From Octopus sinensis (taxonomy: Eukaryota), in NCBI RefSeq assembly GCF_006345805.1, contig NC_043015.1, positions 12,028,001 through 12,092,000 on the forward strand: DNA of 64,000 nt. The letters run 5' to 3'. Shown here piece after piece: positions 27,707-42,630 of this stretch. How positions within the stretch are numbered: the stretch's first letter is position 1; each line of letters opens with the position of its first letter. The notes under the pieces were generated by a model. It saw only the letters and a list, made by a program, of their open reading frames with translations, was not told the DNA's origin and searched no databases. A program made the position numbers and the translations under genes.

Positions 27707-27737
<31 letters not shown>

Positions 27738-27756
27738 ATGGTGATGGTGATGGTGG

Positions 27757-27791
<35 letters not shown>

Positions 27792-27948
27792 GTGATGGTG
27801 ATGTGATGTGATGTGTGGTGGTGATGATGATGATGATGATGATGATATGAGGTTGATGGTGATGATGAGGATGATGATGATGATGATGATGGTGATGGTG
27901 ATGGTGTTGATGATGATGATATGATGATATGATGATTGATGGTGATGG

Positions 27949-27985
<37 letters not shown>

Positions 27986-27992
27986 GTGATGG

Positions 27993-28024
<32 letters not shown>

Positions 28025-28067
28025 GTGATGGTGATGATGATGGTGATGGTGATGGTGATGGTGGTGG

Positions 28068-28101
<34 letters not shown>

Positions 28102-28229
28102 AATGATGGTGATGGTGATGGTGATGGTGATGGTGGTGGTGATGGTGATGATGATGGTGATGGTGATGGTGATGGTGATGGTGGTGATGATGATGATGAT
28201 GATGATGATGATGGTGATGGTGATGATGG

Positions 28230-28267
<38 letters not shown>

Positions 28268-28274
28268 GTGATGG

Positions 28275-28306
<32 letters not shown>

Positions 28307-28356
28307 GTGATTGTGATGTGTTGATGATGGATGATGATGAGATGATGATGTGATGG

Positions 28357-28403
<47 letters not shown>

Positions 28404-28471
28404 GTGATGGTGGTTGATGATGATGATGATGATGATGGTGATGGTGATGATGATGGTGATTGTGATGGTGT

Positions 28472-28509
<38 letters not shown>

Positions 28510-28524
28510 GTGATTGTGATGGTG

Positions 28525-28555
<31 letters not shown>

Positions 28556-28561
28556 TGATGG

Positions 28562-28614
<53 letters not shown>

Positions 28615-28629
28615 GTGATTTGATGGTGT

Positions 28630-28661
<32 letters not shown>

Positions 28662-28762
28662 GTGATGGTGATGGTGGTGATGATGATGGATGATGATGAT
28701 GATGATGATGATGATGGTGATGGTGGTGATGATGATGATGATGATGATGATGATGGTGATGG

Positions 28763-28794
<32 letters not shown>

Positions 28795-28810
28795 GTGATT
28801 GTGATGGTGT

Positions 28811-28842
<32 letters not shown>

Positions 28843-28858
28843 GTGATGGTGATGGTGT

Positions 28859-28935
<77 letters not shown>

Positions 28936-28978
28936 GTGATGGTGATGATGATGGTGATGGTGATGGTGATGGTGGTGG

Positions 28979-29012
<34 letters not shown>

Positions 29013-29098
29013 AATGATGGTGATGGTGATGGTGATGGTGATGGTGGTGGTGATGGTGATGATGATGGTGATGGTGATGGTGATGGTGATGGTGGTGG

Positions 29099-29139
<41 letters not shown>

Positions 29140-29220
29140 GTGATGGTGATGATGGTGATGATGATGACGATTATGATGGTGCTGGTGCAGGTGGCAGTGG
29201 CGATGGTGATGATGGTGATA
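26690..29220 (+). repeat. ~2.5-kb degenerate (GAT)/(GGT) trinucleotide array
   Basis: Read directly. The poly-M/V and poly-D/G ORFs in the track are artefacts of this array. Confidence 0.95.
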
Positions 29221-30214
29221 GTGATGGAGATGGGGATGGAGGAACTAACTGCAACGGTGAACGTGATACCCGTGGTTTTTATGGATGTAGGGACATACTG
29301 GCGATAGAGAAATTGAGTTACTTCCGGGAATGGCGGCGGCAGCGATGTTTGTGGTGGTGGTGGTGGTGGTGGTGTGGTGGTGGTGGTGGTGATGTTGGTG
29401 TTGGTGTTGGCGTTGGTGGTGTCGGTGTGGGGGAAGTGGGTGAACGTAGTAGTGTTAAAGTTGTAGCAACAGTGGTGGTGGTGGTGGTGGTGGTGGTGGT
29501 GGTGGTGGTGGTGGTGTGACAGTGGTGTGATATTGAAGCTGTGATGATGGCGATGGTGATGATGTTTGTGTCTTGCTATTGTTGTTGCGGTGGTGATAGT
29601 GACGGTGGTGATGGTGAATGTAGTAAAGTGAAAATTGTGGTGGTAGTGGTGTGATAGTGAAATTATGATGGTGGTGATGGTGACGGTGGTGGCTTTTGTC
29701 TTGATGTTGTTGTTGTTGGTGGTGGTAGTGGCGATTGTGGCAGTTCTGGTATTGGAATTTTTTTTTTCTAATTTTCCTTTACTTTTGTATTGTTCCTCTT
29801 ATTTCCCGCCACTTCCATTCTAATCCATTCTATTCCATTCTATTCCATTCCATTCTATTCAAATCTATTCTATTTCTGTCCATTGAATAAACCATCGCAA
29901 GAGATATATGACATTTCATTAAGCGATATTTATTTAATCAATGTCAGTTCATGCCCAACCAGACCCTCCCTAACTCCCGCCCCACCCACCCCCACCATAT
30001 CTCCTTACCATAACCCATACGTACACTTTTACACATACACATGCACAAACACACACACACGCACGCGCGCACACACACAGATATCATTATCACCATAATC
30101 ACACAATTCCCCATCATTGTTATTTCGCCAGATCTATCTCCAACACAAAACCGCTCTCCACAAACCGTACACAATCCAACATCCCCACTGTTCTACGCAG
30201 CATCAACGATACCC

Positions 30215-30420
30215 TATGATTTCAAATTTTGACACAAGGCCAGCAATTTCGGAAGAGGGTAAGACGATTACATCGACCCCAGTGTTCGGCTGGTACTTAT
30301 TTTATCGACTCCGAAAGGATGAAAGGCAAAGTTGACCTCAGCGGAATTTGAACTCAGACACGTTAATTCGGATGAAATGCCGCTTAGCATTTTTCCCCAG
30401 TGTGCTAACGATTCAGCTAA
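30215..30420 (-). mobile_element. SINE family A short-tail monomer
   Basis: Contains the core CGACTCCGAAAGGATGAAAGGCAAAGTTGAC and the B box. Confidence 0.85.
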
Positions 30421-30584
30421 ACTTACATAGAATATGGCCCGGCTTTCCGTTGATTACGAAAATGAGTGTCCCAGTTCACTCGATCAACCGAACAGCTTGC
30501 TGCTAGCGAAATGAACGTGCAAACGAATGAGCACATTACAAACACACTACGTCACATTCCTGCTACATCACCAGCACATAATGG

Positions 30585-30790
30585 AAGTCTGTCGTGGTTC
30601 GACAATGACGTCAGTGACGCCGGAGGTGGGAGCGGAACCCAAAGGCGGACGCGCAGACGGGGGCCACATGTTGGGCACGTAACAGCAGAAGCAGGTTTGG
30701 GGATCCTCTCTTTTCGGGCTTGTCGCTTCTGGTCCAGGCTCTTAAGGCGCTTTTCCAAAACAGCACATACTAACACACCATATCACATCA
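30585..30790 (-). mobile_element. RTE (BovB-like) LINE 3' end
   Basis: LDQKRQARKERIPKPASAVTCPTCGPRLR matches the RTE C-terminal motif xKRxxRKxR...CPxCGRxFR. Confidence 0.75.
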
Positions 30791-30999
30791 CTAAGATGTT
30801 TTACCGCCCTGCAAACACGTTATATTGGACCACAAATAGGCTTATACCACAAAACCTGCAAAACACTTGACCATACCGTTAAGTAAAATCAACCAGCTCA
30901 AGCTAAGCAGCACCACTAACATAACTGTATCACACCACCAATACAGCATGCCATACCACAGATGTACTCCACTCCATCAGTCATACACACTAGGGAAAA

Positions 31000-31303
31000 A
31001 AACCGGCGCTCCATCGGATGCGGCGGCCAGGGTCCCAATCAGCCGGCTCCTGAAATTAACGTGCAAGTGCCTGAGCACTCCACACGTGTGCCCTTAACGT
31101 AGTTCTCAGGGCGATTCAACATGACACAGAATGTGACAAGGCTGGCCCTTTGAATTACTGGTACAACTCATTTTTGCCAGCTGAGTGGGCTGGAGCAGCG
31201 TGAAATAAAGTGTCTTGCTCAAGGACACAACGCGTCGCCGCGAATTGAACTCATGACATTACGATCGTGATCCGAATACCTTAACCGCTAAGCCACGCGC
31301 CTT
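31000..31303 (-). mobile_element. SINE with tRNA head, CORE-like domain and RTE-type tail
   Basis: The head and CORE are shared with 25645-25860. The tail ...CACTTGCACGTTAATTTC... is shared with the fragment at 30430-30550. Confidence 0.7.
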
Positions 31304-31396
31304 TACTATAACATAAACAATAACATACATTACAACACATACTATAAAACACCACTGATACACAACTACATATATTGCTACAATATAGACTATAAC

Positions 31397-31630
31397 AAAG
31401 GCGGCGAGCTGGCAGAATCGTTAGCGCACCGGGCGAAATGCTTAGCAGTATTTCGTCTGCCGTTACGTTCTGAGTTCAAATTCCGCTGAGGTCGACTTTG
31501 CCTTTCATCCTTTCGGGGTCGATTAAATAAGTACCAGTTACGCACTGGGGTCGATTTAATCGACTTAATCCGTTTGTCTGTCCTTGTTTGTCCTCTCTGT
31601 GTTTAGCCCCTTGTGGGTAGTAAAGAAATA
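31397..31630 (+). mobile_element. SINE family A long-tail monomer with 15-bp TSD
   Basis: AATATAGACTATAAC occurs at 31382-31396 and 31631-31645. The element has a full head, B box GAGTTCAAATTCC, core and a tail ending AAAGAAATA. Confidence 0.95.
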
Positions 31631-31804
31631 AATATAGACTATAACGTTCACTATAACACACCACTAAACACATAATTACATATCACCAACCACATATAGC
31701 ACTTACGCATACTGTTAAATTATTAACATACATAGTGCCACGCCCATTCACCATACCAACGACCACTGCAGCCAACACATTACTGCCACATCAAAAGGTA
31801 TCAT

Positions 31805-32425
<621 letters not shown>

Positions 32426-33749
32426 AATATTATTGTACCAACCCACTACATCATACCACCAATGATGCCACTCAACTCGTGACTAACTCTCCATACCAAA
32501 CCCCTTTCACACCACGGAGACACCCTAACCCATTACGCCACATTTTACACACTGTACCACATTACTTACATATTATGCCACGCTGTTTACACACCATATC
32601 CAAGTCACCAATCACATCTTCTTTACTGTCTGCCACACCGCCATTCCATACCAACTCCCTTTCAGTAGTGGCTTTGCCAATTCTTCACCTCCATCCGCAA
32701 CTTTCTTTCCCCACTCCAATCTTCACAAGCGTGCATTCTTTGATCCCGCTACTACTCATTCGTTCATTAACACTAGCACCATCAACACTATCGCCACCAC
32801 TACTACCACGACCATCACCACCGACAACAACATCACTACAATCACCACCACCATTACTAGTACCAACAACAAACAAGGCAGTTTCCGCAGCTGTCTCTAC
32901 CTCACATCAACACCAGCAACGGCACCACGTCTGCTGATTGCAAAAAAGCATCATCTCTACAACTAAGACCGCCGCCATCGCTACCACTATGATTAGCACT
33001 ACTACCACAACCACTACTATCACCACCAGCACCACCAATACCACCACCACCAGCAACACAACCCTCGCCACCAACAACAACGACACCACCACGACCGTCA
33101 CTGCTTCTAAAGCCAACATGATTATCATCGCTGCTATCATGTCTGTCGATCTTGCCAGAAATAGCAACCAAATTTCCCCCTCGGTTCACACGCCACATCC
33201 TTAGGAAATTACACACGTGGTCCTAGATTCCCTGTACATAGAGAAAAGTATAGCAGGATGGTCACTGCTGAATGATTTTACTCATAGGTCTGTTCGCAGG
33301 GAGTTGACCTGGTGTTAAATAAAAAAACACACACACACACACTGACAACAACAACAACTACTGCTGCTGCTAATTCCACCACTACAAACATCATCACAGA
33401 CAACAACAACAACAACAGCAACAACTAAACATAATAACAACAACGACAAGATGGCCACCGTTGCCGCCGCCGCCATCATCAATACAGTTACTAACACTGG
33501 TCCTAATACACCATCACCACTGGCAGCAGCAACAACAGCTAGACGGCTATTTACAACCACGACCACCACAACGACCACAGCCACCGCCACGACCAACACC
33601 AATAGCACCATCACCATCACCATCGACATCAACGCTTGTCAGCCTTGTCAGTTTGTGTTAAATAAGATCAAAGTATCATCTAAATTAACTGGTTGAGTGA
33701 TGAAGAATAGAATAATTAGAGACAGGCAAGAAATTAGATTGGTGGTCAT

Positions 33750-33784
33750 CGGCATCATCATCATCATCATCGCCATCATCATCA

Positions 33785-33824
<40 letters not shown>

Positions 33825-34016
33825 GATGATCGTTAGCAGCAAGAAGTCTGGTATTCGTCATTTAATATATCAGCACCAGCTGCAACAACAACAGCAGCAG
33901 CAACAACATCAGTAATCGACATTATCACTGCCATCCACATTCTCAACATCATCGGATCAGCATTATTGGATCATCATCATCATCATTATCAGTATCATCG
34001 TCATCGTCTCCGTCAC

Positions 34017-34049
<33 letters not shown>

Positions 34050-34118
34050 TACCACCACCACCATCATCATCATCATCAACATCATCATCATTACCACCAT
34101 CATCATCATCACCATGAA

Positions 34119-34165
<47 letters not shown>

Positions 34166-34667
34166 CCTTCATCATCATCATCATCACCTTCATCATCATC
34201 ATCATCATCATCATCGCCAATCAACAGCAGCAGCAACAAGAAATAACAACCGCAACAGATGACGCAGAATAAGACAGAAATAAGAAAAAAACATTGAAGG
34301 CAAGGGTGGCAGTAGTGGTGGCGATAATGATGGTGGTGGTGGTGGTGGTGGTGGTGGTGGTGGTGGTGGTGGTGGTGGTGGTGGAGGTGGTGGTGGTGGT
34401 GGTGGTGGTGGTGGTGGTTGGTGGTGGTGGTGGTGGTGGCGGCGGCGGTGGTGGTGGTTGTGGTGGTGGTGGTGGTGGTGGTGGTGGTGATGATGATGAT
34501 ATTGATGATGATGATGATGATGAAGATGATGGTGATGATGATGATGGTGATGATGAGGATGATGATGATGATGAAGATGATGGTGATGATAATGATGGTG
34601 ATGATGATGATGATGAAGATGATGATGGTGAGGGGGATGATGATGGTGATGATGATGGTGGTAATGT

Positions 34668-34701
<34 letters not shown>

Positions 34702-34900
34702 GATGATGATGATGATGATGATGATGAAGATGATGGTGATGATGATAATGGCGGTTGGTAGTACCGTGTTGTAGTCATAGTCGTATTGATGTTCATAGTG
34801 GCAATGATTAGAAGGATCCAATTAATTAGAGAAGGATGATTAAGATGGTGGTGATGATGATGATGACGACGTCGACGACGATGACGATGACGACGCCCAT
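33750..34900. repeat. Compound (CAT/CAC)n tract followed by (GGT)n/(GAT)n tracts
   Basis: Read directly. It is the source of the poly-H, poly-G and poly-D pseudo-ORFs. Confidence 0.95.
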
Positions 34901-35048
34901 AATTACGTTAATGATGTCATTCGGTTTCGTGGTTATGATGATTGTTCATTGCTAAATGACATACAGTATTATCGATATAATTTCCTTTCCCACACTTCGA
35001 ATCTTACGTAAATAGCGGTATTTACAACACGCACACACACATGCCTCT

Positions 35049-35114
<66 letters not shown>

Positions 35115-35399
35115 TGTGTGTGTGCGTGTGTGTAATAAGTAATAAATGTTAAAAAGTTATATGATATAAAATGTACGCAATAAATGCTCAGATCAGACCA
35201 AGTAACTAAAATCCAACGTTGAATGAACGAGTACAAGATCCGTAGAAATAGGGATTGGCTACAGGCAATGTAGATATCGAGCTAATGTAAATATAATAAA
35301 GATGCATTAAGCTACCAGATGAACTGGCAACTTAATGTATCACCTCATTTATAGAGAAAAGTGCACAAAAGTATACAAATTCAGCAAAAAATTTAAGAC

Positions 35400-35905
35400 A
35401 ACCTGGAGAGTTGATAGTGATTGCACAGTCAGGTACAAATCTTGGAAGTTCATTCAATAATCTCACAGATGAGATATAGGAGAATTTGATTAGCCCTTTG
35501 TGTTGGTTCAACCTAGATAGGTAAGTAAAAAATCCTGGGAACGACTACTCGAAAGCTCGAAAGTATGAATGCGTAAAGTACAGGTAGTTCTTTACTATGT
35601 TTCTAGTGAAAGGTGTTCGATCGAAGCAGTTGTGTACCTTCTGCCTACGTGCACATAAGGTGGATTGGTGCAGGTTATTGTATGTTAATCAGCACGGGTG
35701 TAAGTTAGGCAAGTTACTATATCCCTTTGCAATCCCTTACTTGCGCGGCCTCGACAAGTGATTCCCAGGATTTTTACTTGCCTATCTAAGTTAAACTAAC
35801 TCGAAGGGCTACTCAGATTCTCCTTTGCTTCATCTACATTACGGTATGAACTTCCTAGATTTGTATCTGTCTATAAGAAATCTTTATGAACTTTCGCTTC
35901 CCAGA
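35400..35905. mobile_element. Old foldback/MITE-like element with ~160-bp diverged inverted arms
   Basis: TACAAATCTTGGAAGTTCAT...GGAGAATTTGATTAGCCCTT...CCTAGATAGGTAAGTAAAAAATCCTGGGAA is mirrored at ~35745-35905. Confidence 0.65.
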
Positions 35906-36783
35906 TTCTCTTGATTTTCTACTAAATTCATATACGTTTGTACTCGCTTCCATATAAATATGTATGTGTGTATGGGTATACACACACATATATGTATGTA
36001 TATATATATATATTCGATTTATCGTATTTTATTGTATTCTGTTTCATGGCTGTTTCAGCTTGTATTCTACGAAGGAAGTATGAGTGCGCTGCGCGCGCGT
36101 GTGTGCATGTGTGTGCGTCTGTTTGTGTGTGTGTGTGTGCATGTGTGTGTACGACAATGAGTTCGGATTAAATTTGACAGTTTATATAAAAGGAGAAGGA
36201 AGTATTTAAAAAGTGTTTTTAAATACTCAAAGAATATCATCAAGATTACGGTTGGGAGATAACAGTTTACACAGAAGCTGCCCTCGAGTAAGCATGCGAG
36301 GGTTGAGAGAAATGAAAGAGGATTAGGATTATGAAAAGGGAAAGCGACAAAGAGGTAGATGAGAAACCAGAACTTGGTTTAAAAAAGTGTGATGCGGTGA
36401 GGTTCAGTCAGTCTGACATTACGGTAAATGAAAAGAACTTAACGGGAGGAGAAATTGGACCAACATTGACCAGCTATGTGTTCATCGACCTGAGATGTAC
36501 TGAAGAAATAAAAAGAGAATAATGGAGCTATAAAATAATGGAGTTATAAAATAAAATAATTGATATACAAAAACTTGGTTGGAACGGTTAGCAACCAATA
36601 ATATTTAGCTTTAATTTAAACCCGTAGTTGTCAAACCACTTGGCATAACCGCATCAGGATTATCTGTTTCAAACTCTGTTTGAAAACTAAATGTAGAACA
36701 ACCTTCAGTTGCAAACACACACATATATATTACACACAGAACGCACACAAGTATTTTATGTTGTATAATATATTTACATACAT

Positions 36784-37107
<324 letters not shown>

Positions 37108-37321
37108 ATACATTTATATATGTATATAATAATGATATTAGGGAATATTATTCCAAACTTATAGGGAAAAATTATTATTTTGCATATTACTTAATCATTG
37201 TATATGTTTTTATCTTATATTTAATTTTTTTCTGTAGGATGTAATTTTTTCTATATGGTATAATTTAATTTTTTCATTATTGAATTGATAAAAGGTGTTT
37301 TCTTCTAATTTATATATATGA

Positions 37322-37356
<35 letters not shown>

Positions 37357-37376
37357 ATTGTATGTATGTATGTATG

Positions 37377-37445
<69 letters not shown>

Positions 37446-37463
37446 CCAGACAGAGATGCTATG

Positions 37464-37696
37464 CAGTAATCCCTCGCCATATTGCGGTTCACCTATCGCG
37501 ATTCACATATCGCGGTTTATTATTTAATCTTGCGTTGATTCCTCCGTGGTGTTGTTTTGCATTTATAATAAAATAAATACATACAAATTATTAAAATAAT
37601 AATAATAAATATATAGTACTGTTTCTACTTCGTGGATTTTCACCTATTGCGGGTGGTGTTTGGAACGTAACACCCGCGATAGTCGAGGCATTACTA
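37464..37696. mobile_element. Tigger/pogo-like MITE
   Basis: TIRs are CAGTAATCCCTCGCCATATTGCGG and CCGCGATAGTCGAGGCATTACTA, with TA at the right end. Subterminal TATCGCG repeats are present. Confidence 0.75.
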
Positions 37697-38104
37697 TAGT
37701 CTGCACCTATTCAAATATTGACCGCGTATCGGCGTGTCTGCTGGAATGATCTTTGTCTTATTTGGACCAGCTGCATGAAGATGAGTTCTGAGATCGAAGT
37801 TAAGCCTATTAACAGTGACATTTAAAGGTTGATCTTACCGCACATTGAGCAAACAGAAGGATAACATTATTTTTGTGTTTAACAAGCTGTAATTTTTTCT
37901 GTAGTTCGCTTTTCACTTTTGCTAATATTTGTTTGCTTTCTTCAAAATACTTCACCCTTGACCAGATCTTTATTCGACATTTATTTCTGTCAAGAGCAAT
38001 AGATTCGACATTTTGTAGGGTATATTAGATTCCCCAAGACTGGTTTTATACTTAATTCAGGGTTTTAAGTTTTACACTAGCAAATATAAAGTCAAACAAT
38101 ACAA

Positions 38105-38352
38105 AGACAGAAAAGTGTAAACGGGATTTGGCCTTTTGGAATGTGCGTACACTATCTTATAACAAGAATAGTCATCACTCAAAAAGGTATGCAGCCCTTG
38201 TGATCATGAGCTCAAACATTATAACGTTGATACGTCAGAAATAGGTCTCCACAATGTAGGGCAATTTATTGAAGACGCAAGAGGATACACATTCTCTTGG
38301 AATGCACTTCCTGAAGAGAGGTGTAACGAATCAGGTGTAGGTTTTGCGATAT
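38105..38352 (+). mobile_element. RTE LINE AP-endonuclease N-terminal fragment
   Basis: WNVRTL...YAALV..ELKHYNVD...GQFIEDARGYTFSWNALPEERCNESGVGFAI closely follows the RTE consensus, with frameshifts. Confidence 0.8.
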
Positions 38353-39163
38353 ATATGTGCGTGCGTGTGTGTGTATGTGTGTGATAAATTCGTTCATTTC
38401 TTTCTGATGTTATCTGAATTAACATGAAAAATATATTTATCGCAATATTTTATGATACTTTATTTTGTAGCTCTGTTCTTCTACAACTTCTGTTTATCAT
38501 TTTTGGAGTTTCAATAAATTATTTTCGGACATATGATGATGAAGTGCCAAGCAGAAGAAAGTGGGCATTTTTGACACCCAGCTCGCTTTGCTTTCAATCA
38601 AGATTCCAAAACTGGAAATTATCTTATCTGGGCAAAAATGACTCACCTTAGCATTATATTCATTGAAAAGCTTCTGATATTTTGTGTGGTCGAGACGTGG
38701 TGCTTTAAGATTTAATCTCTTTAGATTTAACCTCTTTAGCTCTTTTTCTTTCTTTCTTTCTTTCTTTCTCCAACTCCGCTTCACAGCCGCTCACTTTTTC
38801 TCTTTCCCTCTGATACAGTACACACGCACATACACACTCGCGCATTTCCACACTCATTTACTCATTTCTCTAAGACAACACTGTATAGATAATATACACC
38901 GGAAGAGAGTAATTCTTAAAATTCCTGTTCATAAATCATAACTTCGAAAATATACTATACAGGTTTAAATTCCATGAAAAATGGAACATTATACGTATTC
39001 TGTTTCATATTTAAATTTGTCCATGTTTGTAAAATATTCAGATAATGAGATCTATCGTGCTTCTATTTTTTATCTCACATAATATATGTGTGCGTGTGTG
39101 TGTCTTGTGTCTGTGTGCCTGTGTGTATGTGTATAGACACATATACATATAAATATATATGTG

Positions 39164-39210
<47 letters not shown>

Positions 39211-39233
39211 AAATATATATATATATATATATC

Positions 39234-39264
<31 letters not shown>

Positions 39265-39987
39265 GATATATATATATATATATATATATTAAATATATAT
39301 ATATCATAAATATATATATGATATAATATAATCATTCAACTACGGTAGTAATTTAATAATATTCTTAAGGCCGCAATTTACTCACACGCAGCATCTGTCA
39401 GAGCTTGTTGTTAAATCATTTAACCTTTGTGAAGAGGGTTGGTCCCTAGCTACAGTTTGGCATAAAAATATTGAGATTTGGTCCAGTAGAAAAAAGGTTA
39501 CGTCAAAATTTGTAGCCACCAATCAAGTTTAGATCTAAATAACTTTTTTTTTATTTTAAGAGCAAAATATATTTATCTTAGCTTCAATGATAGAAGAAAG
39601 CATGAGGAATTTTATAGTTTTGGTCCCATGCAACAAAAATTTGCATCAAAAAAGTTGTGCAAAATATATAAGTAAGGTAAAAATTGGATTTAAGTATAAT
39701 TAACTTTTTTTATTTTACAAACAAACTATATTCTAATTAAGCTTAAATGATAGACCTCAATTCGAGAAATTCATGGTATCAATCTCAGGCAATGAAGTTT
39801 TAAAAGAAAAAGTTATGATAGTTAGTTTCTCAAAGTTGGGGGTGATATACTTTTTTATGAATGTAGTTCTAGGGGATTTTTAATATATGTCACCGGCATC
39901 ATGGAAATAAGGAAAAAATTATCAACGACACTGCTAATTGACACATTATTAATTAGCATAATAGCATAGACTGGAAAAACATGGATT

Positions 39988-40731
39988 ACATGAAAAAATG
40001 CGAGCAAGAGAAATAATATTCTTAAGATTATAAACCTGGAAAAAGTACAGGACAAGTTAGTACATCTAGTAAAGTACAGAACAAGAAAATCTTTACTTAA
40101 AATATTGCAACTTAGGATAAAATTTAAATATCAAAAATTATTCGATTTTAATTTACAAAGTAACATTGTAATTAAAAAAGGTATCATCATTTTGTTAAAA
40201 TATTGATACACTAGAATGCTTAAAAGATGAGAGTCAGAAGTACTAATATAGCTAAATTTTTATGCAAAGTAGAATAGAATTATGGTAGGCTAATTAATTT
40301 TGTAAAAAATACGCATTCCGTCAAGACTAAAAATGTGAAAACCTGGGAATAACTTAGGCAATAACTCAAGCAAATCTTACAGTGAATTTGTTGTTATAGA
40401 TATATTTTATTGTAATATGTAACTCATTTTTGGATTATTCTATTTATTGTGCCAACTAATTATGTACTACTATTATTTTCTTTCGCCTATTTTCAAATTT
40501 TTAATTATTAATCAATAATTTAAAAAATGACTTTTTAATGTTCACAAAATCTAAATGTCTTATTTGGAATCTTATCGTTAGCTGCAATATTTTAAGTAAA
40601 AAATGTTCTTGTTCTCTACTTTACCAGATGTAATAACTTGTCCTGAACTTTTCCAAGTATAATAACTTGCCCTGTTATTCTCCAGGTTTATAATCTTAAG
40701 AATATTTCTCTTGCTCACATTTTTCCATGTT
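39988..40731. mobile_element. MITE-like element with ~140-170-bp inverted arms
   Basis: GAGCAAGAGAAATAATATTCTTAAGATTATAAACCTGGA...GGACAAGTTAGTACATCT...CTTAAAATATTGCA is mirrored at 40560-40731. Confidence 0.75.
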
Positions 40732-40940
40732 ATACATATGTATGTGTGTGTGTGTGTGCATATGTATATATATGTGCATATATATATGTGTGTGTGTATG
40801 TGTGTGTGTGTGTGTGTGCGTGTGTGTGTGTAAGGATATTATTGTTTATAATAATACCAGTGACTTAGCATGCGTAAAAAAAACTTTTGACTGCTATATT
40901 TAGCATGCTGGTACTGCTTGCTAGTACCCTTAATTATTAT

Positions 40941-40983
<43 letters not shown>

Positions 40984-41138
40984 CCGACATTGCGAGGATG
41001 ATCCGGTTCTTGACTGAGGATAGAAAGCTTTGTTTCTTTTTTTTTTTGTATCATCTATCTGGATGTTTTGTTGTCCCTTTTTGTATCACCTAGTAGTCCG
41101 GATGCTTTGCGTTCTTGTTCCATTTTGTATTATATATA

Positions 41139-41178
<40 letters not shown>

Positions 41179-41479
41179 AGTCTAGCCTAATCGCTCTAAC
41201 ACTCTTCAGTCAGTTGTTATAACTACTGTGTCTCTCAACAATACATCCAGAGAAGAGCAACAGAGTCCACATGTTGGCTTCAATGATTCTCGAAACTAAT
41301 TAGCTGACTCAATCTCATTCTTTCCTTGATGACTTTACTCGGGGATTCTAAAAATATTTTAAGCAAACGCTTGATCGTTAATTCTCTTTTGCATTGCACA
41401 CGTGCACACTCACACATACACACGCATGTATATATATATGTATGTATGTCTGCATGTATGTATGTATATATACAGAACA

Positions 41480-41655
41480 ATATTGGAGATTAATATTCAA
41501 GCACAATAAAATAATAAAACGAAGAAACATAAAACATGAAATATACCTAACTAAAAGCAATTGACACAAATAAAATTTAATAAATACCTTCTTAAAAGTC
41601 AAGAGACAACTATTCGTAGCAGTAGAAATCATAAAAAGAACAAACTGTAATATAA
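41480..41655 (+). mobile_element. Possible PLE ORF 3' end
   Basis: KYLLKSQETTIRSSRNHKKNKL* resembles the Penelope-clade terminal motif LLNxRxELxxxCRHxxKxxL. Confidence 0.35.
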
Positions 41656-41930
41656 TCTCTCTATTTGATATGTCAAAGCGACGGCAATGAAGAGATTAGC
41701 AATTGCTACTTGATAGTTCTCTTAAAGCTGGCAATATGATACAAATGAAAGCAATATATGTGTGTGCCTCTGTGTGTGTGTGTGTGTATGAATGCGCGCG
41801 CATGTGTGTACATTTACGTATGTTAGTTTCAGTACGTTTGTCTTGGTAAGAAATATGCGCTTGCAAATTTATTATAGTATCAGACACAAACACATACAGA
41901 GAAGTATATAAATATTTGTGCGTATATATA

Positions 41931-41976
<46 letters not shown>

Positions 41977-41981
<5 letters not shown>

Positions 41982-42182
41982 GGGAAGCTTTATGAAAATA
42001 AACAAAAGACGAAGGCAGGTGGAGTACAAACAAACAATTGTATTAGTATGGCGCTCAGGAATATAAATAAAACAAGTCTTTTACGTTTCGAGCCTACGCT
42101 CTTCAACAGAAAGATACACAGAAAAGAAACACGGAGAGAAACAAGGAGAGAAAAAAAATGCGTGCAGAAGCTAGCGATTTAG
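41977..42182 (-). mobile_element. PLE terminal fragment with minimal hammerhead-like motif
   Basis: The minus strand reads TCTTT-CTGTTGA-AGAGCGTAGGCTC-GAAA-CGTA-AAAGA (42076-42114). The 3' end abuts (TA)n, and the sequence is homologous to 51432-51611 and 60346-60480. Confidence 0.7.
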
Positions 42183-42230
42183 GTATATATTTAGAATATA
42201 TTTACATACATATAAATATATATTTAGGTG

Positions 42231-42286
<56 letters not shown>

Positions 42287-42489
42287 GTGTGTGTCTGTGT
42301 GTGTCTGTGTGTGTGTGTAAGTATATACATATACTTATATATGTGTGCATGTGTGTCTGTGTGTATTCATCTAGAAAACGCAACTGAGACTATTAAATTA
42401 ATATACTCATCTATGTATCACATCTAATATATATATATATATATACATACATGCATATACTTACATACATATTTGTGTGTGTGTGTGTG

Positions 42490-42520
<31 letters not shown>

Positions 42521-42630
42521 ATGTGTGTGTGTGCGTGTATGCATATATACATATACTAATACATATCGACACTGAATTTTTATTTTTTTTTTATTTTCAT
42601 AAAATATAAATATATATATATATATACATA

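Noticed and set aside
26674-29519. Long ORFs of poly-M/V and poly-D/G (up to 389 aa)
   Set aside because: They are translations of the GAT/GGT array in overlapping frames, with no splice or domain evidence.
33949-34821. Poly-His, poly-Gly and poly-Asp ORFs resembling metal-binding or structural proteins
   Set aside because: All frames are open because of simple triplet repeats.
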